DNA from: Myxococcota bacterium
GTDB taxonomy: Bacteria; Myxococcota_A; UBA9160; UBA4427
Length of the DNA: 64,000 nt
Assembly (NCBI GenBank): GCA_965250285.1
Contig: OZ252299.1
Span: forward strand, 4,928,001 to 4,992,000
Direction of reading: 5' to 3'
Part shown: positions 53,559-63,624 of the stretch, in pieces
How the letters are laid out: each line of letters starts with the position of its first letter
How positions within the stretch are numbered: the first letter of the stretch is position 1
Position numbers and translations under genes: made by a program
Notes under the pieces: generated by a model
What the model was told of the DNA's origin: nothing
The model's database searches: none
The model's input: the letters and a program-made list of their open reading frames with translations, nothing else

Positions 53559-56254
53559 TCGACGACGAGCACGCTCTCGCCGGCCTCGGCTTCGTCGACC
53601 GAGAGGTCGCCGCCCTGCGACTCGACCAGTCGCTTGGCGAGCACCAGGTCGAGCATCGTCAGGTCGGGCACCGTCCCCTCGCCGTTGCCCGCCGGCACGC
53701 CGCCGTCGGCCGGGGCGCCTGGCTCGGCTGCGCGGGTGTGTCGGATGAGCACGCGCACCGAGGGTTCGCCTCCGTGGCCGCGCTCTGTGTACTTCGAGGC
53801 GAGGTACACGTCACCGCGCTCCGAGGCCTGCTCGATCGCGCGGTCGAGCAGCCCGGCGATCGCGTCTTCGACCTGCTCGGCGTCGGCGCGCACCATCGGC
53901 TGGGTGTGATCGAGCTCCTTGAGCACGAGCAGTCGCCGCGACTGAATCACGGGTCGGCGTTCGTCGAGCAGCCGATCGAGCAGGCGGGCGATGTCGACGG
54001 GTTCGGCCTTGCGCTGGCCCTCGGCCAACGACTGCAAGCGCGAGACGACGCGGTCGATGCGCTGAACGTCCTGCACGACAAGCTCGCGGAAGTGCGTGCG
54101 GAACTCGGGGTCGTCGTAGTGGTCGGGTAGCAGCTCTGAAAAGGTGCGGATCGACACCAACGGGTTGCGCACCTCGTGCGCGATGGCGCCGACGAGCTCA
54201 TAGAGGTCGGGGTCGATGCCGTCTTCACGGGCGGGTGGCGGCGCATTGGCCCCGCGCGTGGCGTCCTGATCGAAGGGCTCGTCGAACGGCAGGGCCTCCT
54301 CGGCCAGCTGGTGCGCGACGGCGTCGCCCTCGGCGGCGTCGGGGAGGGGGCGGACCGGCGGCGCAAGTGGCTCGACGTCGGGCAGCAGCTCGGCGACCGG
54401 GCTCGTCGCGGGTTCGAGATCGGAGCGGGCGTCGATGGGGCCGGTCTGGACGGCGAACGGCTCGGGGTCTTCGATCAGCTCGACGTCTGCGAAGAGCTCG
54501 TCGAGGTCGTCCTCATCGCCGATCGGCTCGGCGCCGATCGATGACCCCAGGTGATCGTCGGGCGACGCTTCGACGGCCACCGGTGACGCCTGTTCGCCGA
54601 GCGGCGACGCCTCCTCTGCGAACGGCGAAGCTTCTTCTCCGAGCGGTGACGCGTGTTCGCCCAGCGGTGACGCCTGTTCGCCGAGCGGGGACGGTTCGGC
54701 GTCGAGCAGCTCGGCCTGGGGGAGCCAAGCGTCGTCGTCGGCTTCGAGATCGTCGTCGAAGCCTTCGTCGGGAAAGAGGTCTTCCTCTTCATCGGCCTCG
54801 ATCCCGGCTTCGAGCTCGACCGATGCGGCGTGATCCGCGACGAGCGGCGCGCGAAGCTCGTCGTCGAGGGCTTCGGCCGAGATCGGCGCGGCACCCAACG
54901 TGGCCTCGTGGCCGACGTCGAGATCGTCTTCGTGGCCCGAGCGGGCGCCGGGGTCGAGATCGGCGAGGCCGTCGATCGGTTCGCCCGCGATCGGCACCGC
55001 GAGCGTCTCGGGGCTGGGGCGCGGAAACGCCGTCGGCCGATCGATCTCGCTCTCTTCGGGGGTCGCGTCTGCGTGCCCGGCGTCCTCGAGGTGCAGACCG
55101 CGATGCGCGGTCTCGGGCTCGAGGTCGCTGCGGCCGAGTGGCTCGTCGAGCCACGGCACGTCGGCGGGGAACCGCAGGTGGATCGGCTCGATCGGGTCGG
55201 CCTGCGTGAACGACAGGGTGCGCGTCACGACGGCCTCGAGCTCGTGGAGATTGCCGGGCCAGGGATACGCCACGAGCTTGGCGAGCGCGTCGTCGCCGAA
55301 GCGGCGCGGTGACTCGCCGCGGGCGCGGGCGAGGGCAGCGGCCGTGTCGGCGACGAATGTCGTGAGGTGCGCGCGACGCTCGCGCAGCGGCGGCAAGACG
55401 ATGGTGAGACCCGACAGCGTCTCGGCCAGGCGGGTGTCGAGACCGGGCTCGAGATCGAGGTCGTGCGCGCCCGCGACGCTCGCCATGAAGCGGTGCCCGT
55501 GTCGACTCGCGCCCGCGTCGGGCAGCCCGAACTCGATCCAGTCGCGCAGACGACGCTGCAACGCGATCGGCAGACGGTCGACGTCTTCGAGGTGGAACGT
55601 GAGCAAGCCGTCGCGCGGCGCCAGGTCGCCGACGCTCGCGAGTCGCAGCAGCTCGCCGGCGCTCATGTCTTCACGACACGGAATCTGAATGAACGTGTGC
55701 TCGGGTCGGCCGCTCGATAAGTGGATGGTGCGTGCGAGCAGCCCGCGCCCCGTGCCCGCCTCCCCGTGAATCAGCACCGGCACCCGGGCGAGGTGCGGGT
55801 CGAGCGCGCGCATCATCTCGGGCAGCTCGAGATCGCCGAACCAGCGCGCGAAGCGCGCCTGCACCTCGGCGCGCCCCTGCCGCGCGCTGAGAGGCGAAGC
55901 GCGGCGATGCTGCACGGCGGCGCGGAGCGCCCGGCGCAGGGTTCGGGCCTCGGGCGGATGCACGAGTACGCGACCGGGGAGCGTGTCGAAGAGCCGCCGG
56001 GCTTCGTCGACGTCGCCGGCTTCGGCGAGCAGGATCCAGTCGCAGTCGGCTCCCTTCGCCGCGTGTCTGTGTACGAAGTCGAGCTCGATCTCGAAGTCGC
56101 CGCTCAGTCCGAGGACGACGACGGTCGGCGCCTCGGCTGCCTCGAGCACGCGGTCGCCGGGCGCAGCCAGTACGGCTCGCTCGCCGACACCGCTGATGCG
56201 CGCGATGGCCGCGCGGGCTTCGGCGTCTCGGTGGATGATCCAGATGCTCAGCAT
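53543..56254 (-). CDS. Mosaic signalling protein: degenerate REC, degenerate sigma54 AAA+, acidic linker, HisKA and degenerate HATPase
   Basis: GEAGTGR, LPPLRER, YPWPGNLHEL; no GAFTGA; AIAHEVRNPL H-box; start at MLSIWIIH inferred. Confidence 0.75.
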   Translation of the reverse strand: MLSIWIIHRDAEARAAIARISGVGERAVLAAPGDRVLEAAEAPTVVVLGLSGDFEIELDFVHRHAAKGADCDWILLAEAGDVDEARRLFDTLPGRVLVHPPEARTLRRALRAAVQHRRASPLSARQGRAEVQARFARWFGDLELPEMMRALDPHLARVPVLIHGEAGTGRGLLARTIHLSSGRPEHTFIQIPCREDMSAGELLRLASVGDLAPRDGLLTFHLEDVDRLPIALQRRLRDWIEFGLPDAGASRHGHRFMASVAGAHDLDLEPGLDTRLAETLSGLTIVLPPLRERRAHLTTFVADTAAALARARGESPRRFGDDALAKLVAYPWPGNLHELEAVVTRTLSFTQADPIEPIHLRFPADVPWLDEPLGRSDLEPETAHRGLHLEDAGHADATPEESEIDRPTAFPRPSPETLAVPIAGEPIDGLADLDPGARSGHEDDLDVGHEATLGAAPISAEALDDELRAPLVADHAASVELEAGIEADEEEDLFPDEGFDDDLEADDDAWLPQAELLDAEPSPLGEQASPLGEHASPLGEEASPFAEEASPLGEQASPVAVEASPDDHLGSSIGAEPIGDEDDLDELFADVELIEDPEPFAVQTGPIDARSDLEPATSPVAELLPDVEPLAPPVRPLPDAAEGDAVAHQLAEEALPFDEPFDQDATRGANAPPPAREDGIDPDLYELVGAIAHEVRNPLVSIRTFSELLPDHYDDPEFRTHFRELVVQDVQRIDRVVSRLQSLAEGQRKAEPVDIARLLDRLLDERRPVIQSRRLLVLKELDHTQPMVRADAEQVEDAIAGLLDRAIEQASERGDVYLASKYTERGHGGEPSVRVLIRHTRAAEPGAPADGGVPAGNGEGTVPDLTMLDLVLAKRLVESQGGDLSVDEAEAGESVLVVELPAA
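54560..54692 (-). repeat. In-frame 21-bp (7-aa) repeat, about 6 copies
   Basis: SPLGEQA SPLGEHA SPLGEEA SPFAEEA SPLGEQA SPVAVEA SP. Confidence 0.88.
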
Positions 56255-56732
56255 GGGTCGGGTCGGAATCAGGACCTGGCTCTCGTCGGGCGAGGGCGCA
56301 GCGAAGGTTCGACGCTCGCCGATCGAGTCACTCGACTCGACGCGAAACGCCGCTCGGCGTCCTCCAGAAGTGGTGTGGAACAGTCCTTCGTGGCGAAGCA
56401 CGTGTGAGCGCGCGGAAGATGATGCGCGCTCGTCGGCAACCGCTGCGCAGCGAGCGTGCAGGTGCTCTCCCGGCGCTCGATGCTTCGCGTGCGATCGGAA
56501 CCGGCGCTCGGTTCGGCTCGTGCCCCGGCTCCTCCCAGGCGGTCGGTGATGGGCTGTGTGTGGGCCACGCGTGTCATGCGAGTGTGCGGCCAGAGTACCC
56601 GAATCGGGGCCAGGCATGGCGCGCCGAAGGGCGGCCCGCAGGGCCCGCGGGGGGCCTCTGGGCGTCAGCCTCGGTAGGATGGGATGGTCCCGCTTCGTGA
56701 ACCCCCGACCGCTGCCCGGTGCCGAGAGGTGC

Positions 56733-57773
56733 ATGCCGATTCGCCCGCTTCCTTCCTTCTCTCTCTGTCCGAGCGTCGGGGCCATCCGACGAGCGTGGGC
56801 GCTCGCCCTGGTCGCGCTGGCGCTCTCGGTGCGGCCGGCGTGGGCCATCGATCTCGAGGGCGAGTGGTACGTGCTGGTGCACTCCGAGGTGCGGCCAACG
56901 CGTGTCGCGGGCGGCATCGAAGACGCACCTCCGCCCGGCCTCGAGTACCGCGACAGCGTCTGGATCTTCGAGAAGCAGGCGGAGGGGCTCAGCTGGACGG
57001 TCATCCCCCAGGTCGCTTTCGTCGATGAGACCGGTCGCTACGAGCAGATCCACGGGGAGCGCGCGCGCTTGCGGTCCCCGTGGCGCCCGTCGGCCAGCCA
57101 GCTGGCCGAGATTCGCAAGGGGCTGGTGCTCGACAAGCGGACCGCGCGCGCGAAGATGCTGCGACGGCGCGGTGCCGATGCGTTCGAGTCGGGCGAGATG
57201 GCCCGGCCGAGCGGCGCGTCGTCGGTTTCGTTCGGGGAGCGCTGGACGCTCGAGGGGTTGGATGGCGCCCCCGTGTTCACCCACGCGGCGTCGCTCTCGT
57301 CGGGCCGCAGCGACACGCTTCGCGGCATGACGCGCTGGAGCGCCGACCAGGTCGACGAAGAGGCCGGTCGGATCGAGGGGCACTATCAGCGCGACGGCAG
57401 CGAGTTCGGTCGCTTCTACATGTTCAAGCGCGGCGATGCCCACCCGAGCGACGCCGGGTTCGCGGCCGAATCCGAGGACGAGTCGCTCTTCGGACCGGGA
57501 GGGACGGCACGCACGTCGGTCGCCTCTCTGCAGGCCTCCCTCGATGCCCTCTCGAAGGCAACTGGCGACGAGGAGACCGAGCTGCGCACCCAGATCCGCG
57601 CCGACATTCAGTCGCTCGTCGAAGCGGCGTACACGCGCCAGGGCAAGGGCGTGCGCGTGTACCGGGCCCAGATCGAGCAGATCGTCGACGAGATCGAGCG
57701 CCTCTGCGTCGTCGAGGGCGTCTCGCTCGAAGAGATCGACCGCCGCTTCGAGGCGAAGGCGCTCGGTCAGTGA
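56733..57773 (+). CDS. Hypothetical exported protein
   Basis: Signal peptide ending AWA-IDLEGEWY; typical codon usage; GTGA coupling to the next gene. Confidence 0.65.
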   Translation: MPIRPLPSFSLCPSVGAIRRAWALALVALALSVRPAWAIDLEGEWYVLVHSEVRPTRVAGGIEDAPPPGLEYRDSVWIFEKQAEGLSWTVIPQVAFVDETGRYEQIHGERARLRSPWRPSASQLAEIRKGLVLDKRTARAKMLRRRGADAFESGEMARPSGASSVSFGERWTLEGLDGAPVFTHAASLSSGRSDTLRGMTRWSADQVDEEAGRIEGHYQRDGSEFGRFYMFKRGDAHPSDAGFAAESEDESLFGPGGTARTSVASLQASLDALSKATGDEETELRTQIRADIQSLVEAAYTRQGKGVRVYRAQIEQIVDEIERLCVVEGVSLEEIDRRFEAKALGQ

Positions 57774-58252
57774 GCGAGGGCGCGCCTCCGCTCGTGCGCC
57801 GGGCCGCGCTGCACGAGCTCGATCGCGTCGCCGCGCTGTGGACCGCGATCACGCAGCACCACGAGCCGATCGACCCCGTCTTCCGGATGCGCGTCGACGC
57901 CGACGTCGCGGTCCGCGAGCTGCTCGGTCAGATCCACCGCGACGCGCATTCGGCCATCTTCGTCATCGACGAGGCCGGAGATCTGCCGGGCATCTGCATC
58001 GTCCGCATCGACTCGGCACCGCCGATCATGGTCGAGGACGAGCGCGCCGAGATCACCGACCTCGGCGTTCGGCCGGCCGCGCGTCGCCGGGGCCTGGCCA
58101 CGGCGCTCGTCGAGGCGGCGCTCGCCTGGGTGCGTTCATGCGGCGTCGAGCGCGTCGAGGTGCACGTGGCGAAAGCCAACGCCGAAGGCCAGGCGTTCTG
58201 GCGGGCGCGTGGGTTCGGCGATCTGATGGACGTGCTGCAGAAACGGCTGTAG
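57770..58252 (+). CDS. GNAT-family acetyltransferase
   Basis: LGVRPAARRRGLATALV, N..G..FW...GF. Confidence 0.88.
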   Translation: MSEGAPPLVRRAALHELDRVAALWTAITQHHEPIDPVFRMRVDADVAVRELLGQIHRDAHSAIFVIDEAGDLPGICIVRIDSAPPIMVEDERAEITDLGVRPAARRRGLATALVEAALAWVRSCGVERVEVHVAKANAEGQAFWRARGFGDLMDVLQKRL

Positions 58253-58358
58253 CCTCCGCCGTCGCGCGCTCCCCGGCCCCGTCTCCATCTGACCCCGCCG
58301 ATCCGGAACGTCCTGCCCGACGCGCGTCGTTCGGTCGGCCCTCTCGCGAAGCCACGCC

Positions 58359-59714
58359 ATGACTCCCCCGACCGATTCCCGCCCGCTGAACCCCCTCGCG
58401 AAGCAGCTGAACGACGACCTCGAGCAGGCCGCGCCCGAAGTCTTCCGCATGCTCTCGGCGTATGGCCGACGCCTCTACTTTCCGAAGGGCATCCTCTCGC
58501 AGAGCGCGGAGGCCAAGGAGAAGGCGCACCGCTTCAACGCGACGATCGGCATCGCCACCGAAGACGGTGGCCCGATGTACCTCGATAGCGTCCAGCGGCA
58601 CCTCGGTGACATCGACCCGAAGGACGCCTACCCGTACGCGCCGGCGCCGGGTCGCCCGGGGCTCCGTGAGCTCTGGCGCGAGAAGCACCTCGCCGAGAAC
58701 CCGAGCCTCGAGGGCAAGGCGTTCGGCCTGCCGATCGTGACCGCCGCCATCACCCACGGGCTCTCGCTGGTGGGGGCGCTCTTCGCGGACGAAGGCGACG
58801 CGATGCTGCTGCCCGACAAGCTGTGGGGCAACTACCGGCTGACCTTCGAGGTCGACTACGGCGCGAGGATCGAGACCTTCCCCTTCTACCAGGGCGAGGG
58901 CTTCGACACCGAGGCCTTCGCGGCGGGCCTCGCCGCGGCGAGCGAGGGGCGCGACAAGCTGATCGTGCTGCTCAACTTCCCCAACAATCCGACGGGCTAC
59001 ATGCCGACCCCGGCGGAGGGCGACGCGATCGTGGCCGCCCTCGAAGCGCAGGCGAAGGCGGGGACGAAGCTCGTCGTGGTGACGGACGACGCCTACTTTG
59101 GGCTCTTCTTCCATCTGGGCGGTGAGTCGATGACCGAGTCGCTCTTCGGTCGGCTCTGTGGACTGCACGAGAACCTGCTCGCGGTGAAGCTCGACGGCGC
59201 GACCAAGGAGCTCTTCGTCTGGGGGCTGCGGTGCGGCTTCGTGACCTACGGCCCGGGGCGACCGGACACCGCAGACGAGGTCTGCCGGGTGCTCGAGCAG
59301 AAGACGAAGGGGGCGATCCGCGGCGGCGTGTCGAACGTGCCGCAGCTGTCGCAGGCCCTCGTCGAGAAGGCGCTCGCCTCGTCGACCATCGATGAAGAGC
59401 GCAAGCAGAAGTGCGAGACCCTGCGCGCGCGGGCCGAGCGCGTGTACGAGGTCGCGAACGAGCCCCGTTTCGCCGAGAGCTGGAAGGTGTACCCGTTCAA
59501 CAGCGGCTACTTCATGTGTGTCGAGCTGAAGGACGTCGACGCCGAGACGCTGCGTGTCCATCTGCTCGACCAGCACGGCATCGGTCTCATCGCGACCGGC
59601 GCCCACGACCTGCGCGTCGCGTTCTCGTGCCTCGAGGTCGACGAGGTCGAGCCGCTGTTCGAGGCGCTGCATCAGGCCGTGAACGAGCTCAACGCCGCCC
59701 GCCGCGCCGACTGA
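58359..59714 (+). CDS. PLP-dependent aminotransferase class I/II
   Basis: NATIG, NFPNNPTGY, DDAYFG, GATKE..WG.R.G, SGYF. Confidence 0.9.
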   Translation: MTPPTDSRPLNPLAKQLNDDLEQAAPEVFRMLSAYGRRLYFPKGILSQSAEAKEKAHRFNATIGIATEDGGPMYLDSVQRHLGDIDPKDAYPYAPAPGRPGLRELWREKHLAENPSLEGKAFGLPIVTAAITHGLSLVGALFADEGDAMLLPDKLWGNYRLTFEVDYGARIETFPFYQGEGFDTEAFAAGLAAASEGRDKLIVLLNFPNNPTGYMPTPAEGDAIVAALEAQAKAGTKLVVVTDDAYFGLFFHLGGESMTESLFGRLCGLHENLLAVKLDGATKELFVWGLRCGFVTYGPGRPDTADEVCRVLEQKTKGAIRGGVSNVPQLSQALVEKALASSTIDEERKQKCETLRARAERVYEVANEPRFAESWKVYPFNSGYFMCVELKDVDAETLRVHLLDQHGIGLIATGAHDLRVAFSCLEVDEVEPLFEALHQAVNELNAARRAD

Positions 59715-59727
59715 CCGGGCGCGCGCC

Positions 59728-59821
59728 GCTGCGTCACCCGCGCCTCAATCGTCGTCGCCGGGCGATCATCCCGCTTGCGTCACCGGCGCGTCAGTCGTCG
59801 TCGCCGGGCGACCATCCCGCT
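59728..59821. repeat. 46-bp duplication of the M20 peptidase 3' end
   Basis: TCAATCGTCGTCGCCGGGCGATCATCCCGCT at 59745 versus TCAGTCGTCGTCGCCGGGCGACCATCCCGCT at 59791. Confidence 0.88.
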
Positions 59822-61230
59822 GGCAGCTCTTCGAGGATGCGCGCGGTCAATCGCCCGCTCTCGATGAGCTGCTCGATCCGAACGCGCTCGTCGACACCGT
59901 GGATGCCCGCGCTGTCGGCGGCGCTCAGGCGGCGCGGCACGAACCCGTACGAGACGATGCCGAGCTCACGAAACCAGTGCGCATCGGTGAAGCCCGCCGT
60001 GAGGCGCGGAACGACGATCGCCTCGCTGTCCTCGACCTCGGCGACGCGCTCGATGGCGCGGAAGAGCGCGGTCTCGGGCGATGAGCCGACGGAGGGGAAC
60101 GCGAGGAGCGGTGTCACCTGCACGCGCTCGTCGGCGATCACGCGGCGGATCGACTGCGTGAAGTCTTCGCAGCGTTCGCCCGGGAGCAGACGCGCGTCGA
60201 GATGCGCCATCGCCCGCGCCGGTACGACGTTGGTGGTATGGCTGCCCTCGAGCACGGTGATCGACACCGTGTTGCGGACGAGCGCGTTCCAGCCCGGGTT
60301 CGCGAGGAAACGACGCTGGAAGGGCCCCTTCGAGACGACGGCGGCCTTCAGCTCCGAGAAGCCCGCCCGGTCGTCGGGGGGAGCGACCGGTGCCATCGCG
60401 GCGAACTGCTCTTCGACGATGGGCAACACGCGAATCGGCGACTCGATGCGGCGCACGCGATCGAGGGCGGCGACGAGCCGGGGCACAGCATGGTCGGGCG
60501 ACGGTGCCGAGCCGTGGCCGGGGCGACCGTAGGCCTCGACTTTCAGCCAGCAGGGGGACTTCTCGTTGACCGTGACGCCCCAGACGCTGCGTCCGCGCGC
60601 CATGGGGCGGATCCCGCCGCCTTCGGTCAGCAGGAACTCGGCGTTGCCCAGGAGCTCGGGCCGCTCGCGCGCAACGTAGCCGGCGCCGAAACGTCCCCCG
60701 GTCTCTTCGCCCGGCGTGGCGAGCAGGATCACATCGCGTGCGATCGGATGCTCGCGCCCGGCGAGCGCGAGCAATGCGAGGATGTGCGCCACGGTCACGC
60801 CCTTGGCGTCGAGCGCGCCGCGCCCGTGCACCCAGGTTTCGTCGATCACGCCTTCGAAGGGCGGGATCTGCCACATCTGTGCGTCGGCCTGGACGACGTC
60901 GAGATGCGAGAGCAACACCACCGGTCGGCCCAGCCCCGCGCCTTCGACCCGGGCCCAAAGCGCCGCGTGGATGCCGCGGCCACTCGGGTCGGGCGTATCG
61001 ATGACCCGGGCTTCGATGCCCAGACCCGCGAGCCGCTGGGCGAGGAACTCGGCGAGTGCGCGCTCGCCATCGACGCCGCTGACCGTCGGCAGTCGGATCG
61101 ACTCGCGCAGCAGCTCTGCGCCGAGCGGCGGCGCGCTCTGTGCGGCAGCCGGCGTCGGCACACTGATCGAGACGAAGAAGGCGGTCGGCCACAAGAAGAG
61201 AAGAGAGAGAAGCTCGGGTCGCAGCAGCAC
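59791..61230 (-). CDS. M20/M25/M40 metallopeptidase, exported
   Basis: SHLDVV, GRGALDAKG, GEETGG, TEGG, GHGS, FTDAH, IHGVDE; start uncertain. Confidence 0.88.
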   Translation of the reverse strand: MLLRPELLSLLFLWPTAFFVSISVPTPAAAQSAPPLGAELLRESIRLPTVSGVDGERALAEFLAQRLAGLGIEARVIDTPDPSGRGIHAALWARVEGAGLGRPVVLLSHLDVVQADAQMWQIPPFEGVIDETWVHGRGALDAKGVTVAHILALLALAGREHPIARDVILLATPGEETGGRFGAGYVARERPELLGNAEFLLTEGGGIRPMARGRSVWGVTVNEKSPCWLKVEAYGRPGHGSAPSPDHAVPRLVAALDRVRRIESPIRVLPIVEEQFAAMAPVAPPDDRAGFSELKAAVVSKGPFQRRFLANPGWNALVRNTVSITVLEGSHTTNVVPARAMAHLDARLLPGERCEDFTQSIRRVIADERVQVTPLLAFPSVGSSPETALFRAIERVAEVEDSEAIVVPRLTAGFTDAHWFRELGIVSYGFVPRRLSAADSAGIHGVDERVRIEQLIESGRLTARILEELPAGWSPGDDD

Positions 61231-61512
61231 GACGCTGCGTGCAAACCGAGGGGAACGGACGACAGTCGGTCGCGGGACGCGGCGATTCGCCCACGGCCTT
61301 TCGCGCCGGCCACCGCACACGTCGGGCGCGTCGCTGCGCACGTCGCATGACCATTCCGCAGAGCCGCGATTCTTCCCTCGGGGCTGCAATTTTCTCTCCG
61401 GAATCGGGTGCGACCTGCCGATATGAATTCGTGGGATGGGTCAGGTCCTTGGGTGCGATGTTGCCGGCTAGTGGCTAACTATAACGCCCGACCATCCCCC
61501 AGGAGAACCCGG

Positions 61513-62958
61513 TTGACGCCCCCTCCGGTCACGACACGATTGCGCCGTGAACTCGCGGCACCCGGCCAGAACGGCTGCAGAACGCAGCGCTGGCTCCGCC
61601 TCACCGCACTCGCCTTCCTCTTCGCGTGCATCTCGGTCACGCTGCCGCTCGCGCCATTCGCCTTCGACCCGGTCGACGATCGCAAGCGAGCCGACGACAC
61701 ACCGCCGGTGTCGCTGCCGCCGCCCTGGGTCATCGATGGTGTCGAGCGCCCCGGTGTCGTCGCCGAGTACGAGCCCGTCTCGATCGACGATCTGCCCAAC
61801 TACCAGAAGCACCCGATCTACGGCCCCGAACCGCCGCCGTCGTTGACCGTCGTCACGAGCGGCAAGCTCGGCCGAGGCCAGTCTCTCGGTCGCGCCCTGC
61901 GCGAGCACGGCATCAAGCCGTCGATCATCCACGTGATCGACCGCGAGATGCGCCCCACCTTCGACTTCCGCCACTCGCGACCCGGCGATCGATACCGCCT
62001 CGCCCAGGACGCCGACGGCAACCTGGTCGACTTCGTCTACATCAACAAGCCCGAGTCGAGCTACCACCTCAGCTGGAACGGCGAGGGCTACGTCGTGAGC
62101 GAGGAGCCCTCCGAGCTGCAGGCCGAAGCGGCGACCATCGCCGGCAGCATCGATTCGTCGCTCTACAAGGCGATTCGCGGCCTGGGTGAGCGTACGGCGC
62201 TGGCCAACGACTTCGCCGACCTCTTCGCCTGGGACATCGACTTCAGCCGCAACGTGCAGCCCGGCGACCGCTTCTCGATCCTCTACGAGCGCCTCTACCG
62301 CACCACCGCCGATGGCGAGCGCGAGTACGTGCGCCCGGGGCGGATCCTCGCCGCGCAGTACAGTGGCGACGTCGGAGATCATTCGGTGGTGCTGTTCGAG
62401 AAGGATGGGCGCGAGCGCTACTTCCGCCCCGATGGCAGCTCGATCGAGCGCGCCTTCCTCGCCGCCCCCCTCAAGTTCAGCCGCATCAGTTCGCGCTTCA
62501 CGAAGGCGCGCGCGCATCCGATCCTCAAGATCACCCGCCCGCACAATGGCATCGACTACGCCGCGGCCGCCGGCACGCCGATCTGGACCGTCGCCGACGG
62601 CACCGTGATCTTCCGGGGCAAGGCCGGCGCCTCGGGCAACCTGGTCAAGATCCGCCACCTGAACGGCTACGTCTCGTACTACGCCCACCTCTCGCGGTTC
62701 GCAGACGGGCTGAAGGTCGGTCAGCGGGTCTCGCAGAAGGAGGTGATCGGATTCGTGGGCTCGACCGGGCTCTCGACCGGGCCCCATGTCTGCTTCCGGG
62801 TCCAGAAGAACGGCATCTACGTCGACCCTCAGGAGATCGCGAGCCCGGCGGGCCAGCCGATCACCGAGGAGGTGTGGCCCGAGTTCCGCCAGCAGCGCGA
62901 TCTGCTGATGACCGACATGGGCGGGGGTGCCCTCGCCGCGGCCGATGAGGCCCTCTAG
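61513..62958 (+). CDS. M23 peptidoglycan DD-endopeptidase (MepM/Csd3-like)
   Basis: HNGIDYAA, YAHLS, STGLSTGPHVCF; AGGAG before TTG start. Confidence 0.88.
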   Translation: MTPPPVTTRLRRELAAPGQNGCRTQRWLRLTALAFLFACISVTLPLAPFAFDPVDDRKRADDTPPVSLPPPWVIDGVERPGVVAEYEPVSIDDLPNYQKHPIYGPEPPPSLTVVTSGKLGRGQSLGRALREHGIKPSIIHVIDREMRPTFDFRHSRPGDRYRLAQDADGNLVDFVYINKPESSYHLSWNGEGYVVSEEPSELQAEAATIAGSIDSSLYKAIRGLGERTALANDFADLFAWDIDFSRNVQPGDRFSILYERLYRTTADGEREYVRPGRILAAQYSGDVGDHSVVLFEKDGRERYFRPDGSSIERAFLAAPLKFSRISSRFTKARAHPILKITRPHNGIDYAAAAGTPIWTVADGTVIFRGKAGASGNLVKIRHLNGYVSYYAHLSRFADGLKVGQRVSQKEVIGFVGSTGLSTGPHVCFRVQKNGIYVDPQEIASPAGQPITEEVWPEFRQQRDLLMTDMGGGALAAADEAL

Positions 62959-63195
62959 GGCCGCCTGCAGGCCTCCATTCAAGTTTCAGTGCGCTCTCTG
63001 GCGCCTCGACCGACGCGCCCGGGCGCGCGGCCCAGGTGTCGCAATTCGCATGGGCCGAATCGGGCCCATCACCGCGGCATCTGAGAAAGCTGTGCGCGGC
63101 CCAAGGGGCCGAAGGCCGTGCACGCGGGGCCGAAGGCCGCGCACGCGAAGGGGCGCCGACCGGGTCGTTTCGAACCCGGCGGCGGAGGACCTCGA

Positions 63196-63624
63196 TTGGA
63201 TCTCGAGTCGCGACTGGCGGACCAGGGCCGAGCCCTGGCCGAGCGCGAGGCGAAGCACGCCGACGCGCTGGTGCGTGCCCGTGCGCTCGCCGATGCGCTG
63301 CACGCGGAGGTCGCCCGCGCGATCGACGCCTATCACCGGGAGACGGCCGAGGCCCCCCAGCTCGCGCTTGCCCTCGGAGACGTGAAGCACGATGACAAGC
63401 ACCTGCACGCGTTCGAGTTCGACGTGCGGCGGGGGCGCGTGCGCGTGATCGTCGTCGTGAAGAGCCGGGGCGAAGCGACGCTCGTCGGGCCCTTCCACAT
63501 GGGCCGCGACGAGGGTCCGTGTCGGCGTGTGCCCTTCAGCGACGACGATGCCGTCGACGACACGCTGCGCGACGCCCTCGGCGATCTGCTGGAGAGCTTT
63601 CTCGAAGAGGCGACGGCCCGCTGA
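63196..63624 (+). CDS. Hypothetical protein
   Basis: GGAGG RBS before TTG; typical codon usage; TGATG overlap with the next gene. Confidence 0.6.
   Translation: MDLESRLADQGRALAEREAKHADALVRARALADALHAEVARAIDAYHRETAEAPQLALALGDVKHDDKHLHAFEFDVRRGRVRVIVVVKSRGEATLVGPFHMGRDEGPCRRVPFSDDDAVDDTLRDALGDLLESFLEEATAR

Noticed and set aside
56457..56472. Additional sigma54 promoter (minus strand CGGGAGAGCACCTGCA)
   Set aside because: Only the GG-N10-GC spacing matches; too weak in GC-rich DNA
63103..63146. Short direct repeat GGGGCCGAAGGCCG.GCACGCG, two copies
   Set aside because: Only two copies in a GC-rich spacer; no function can be supported
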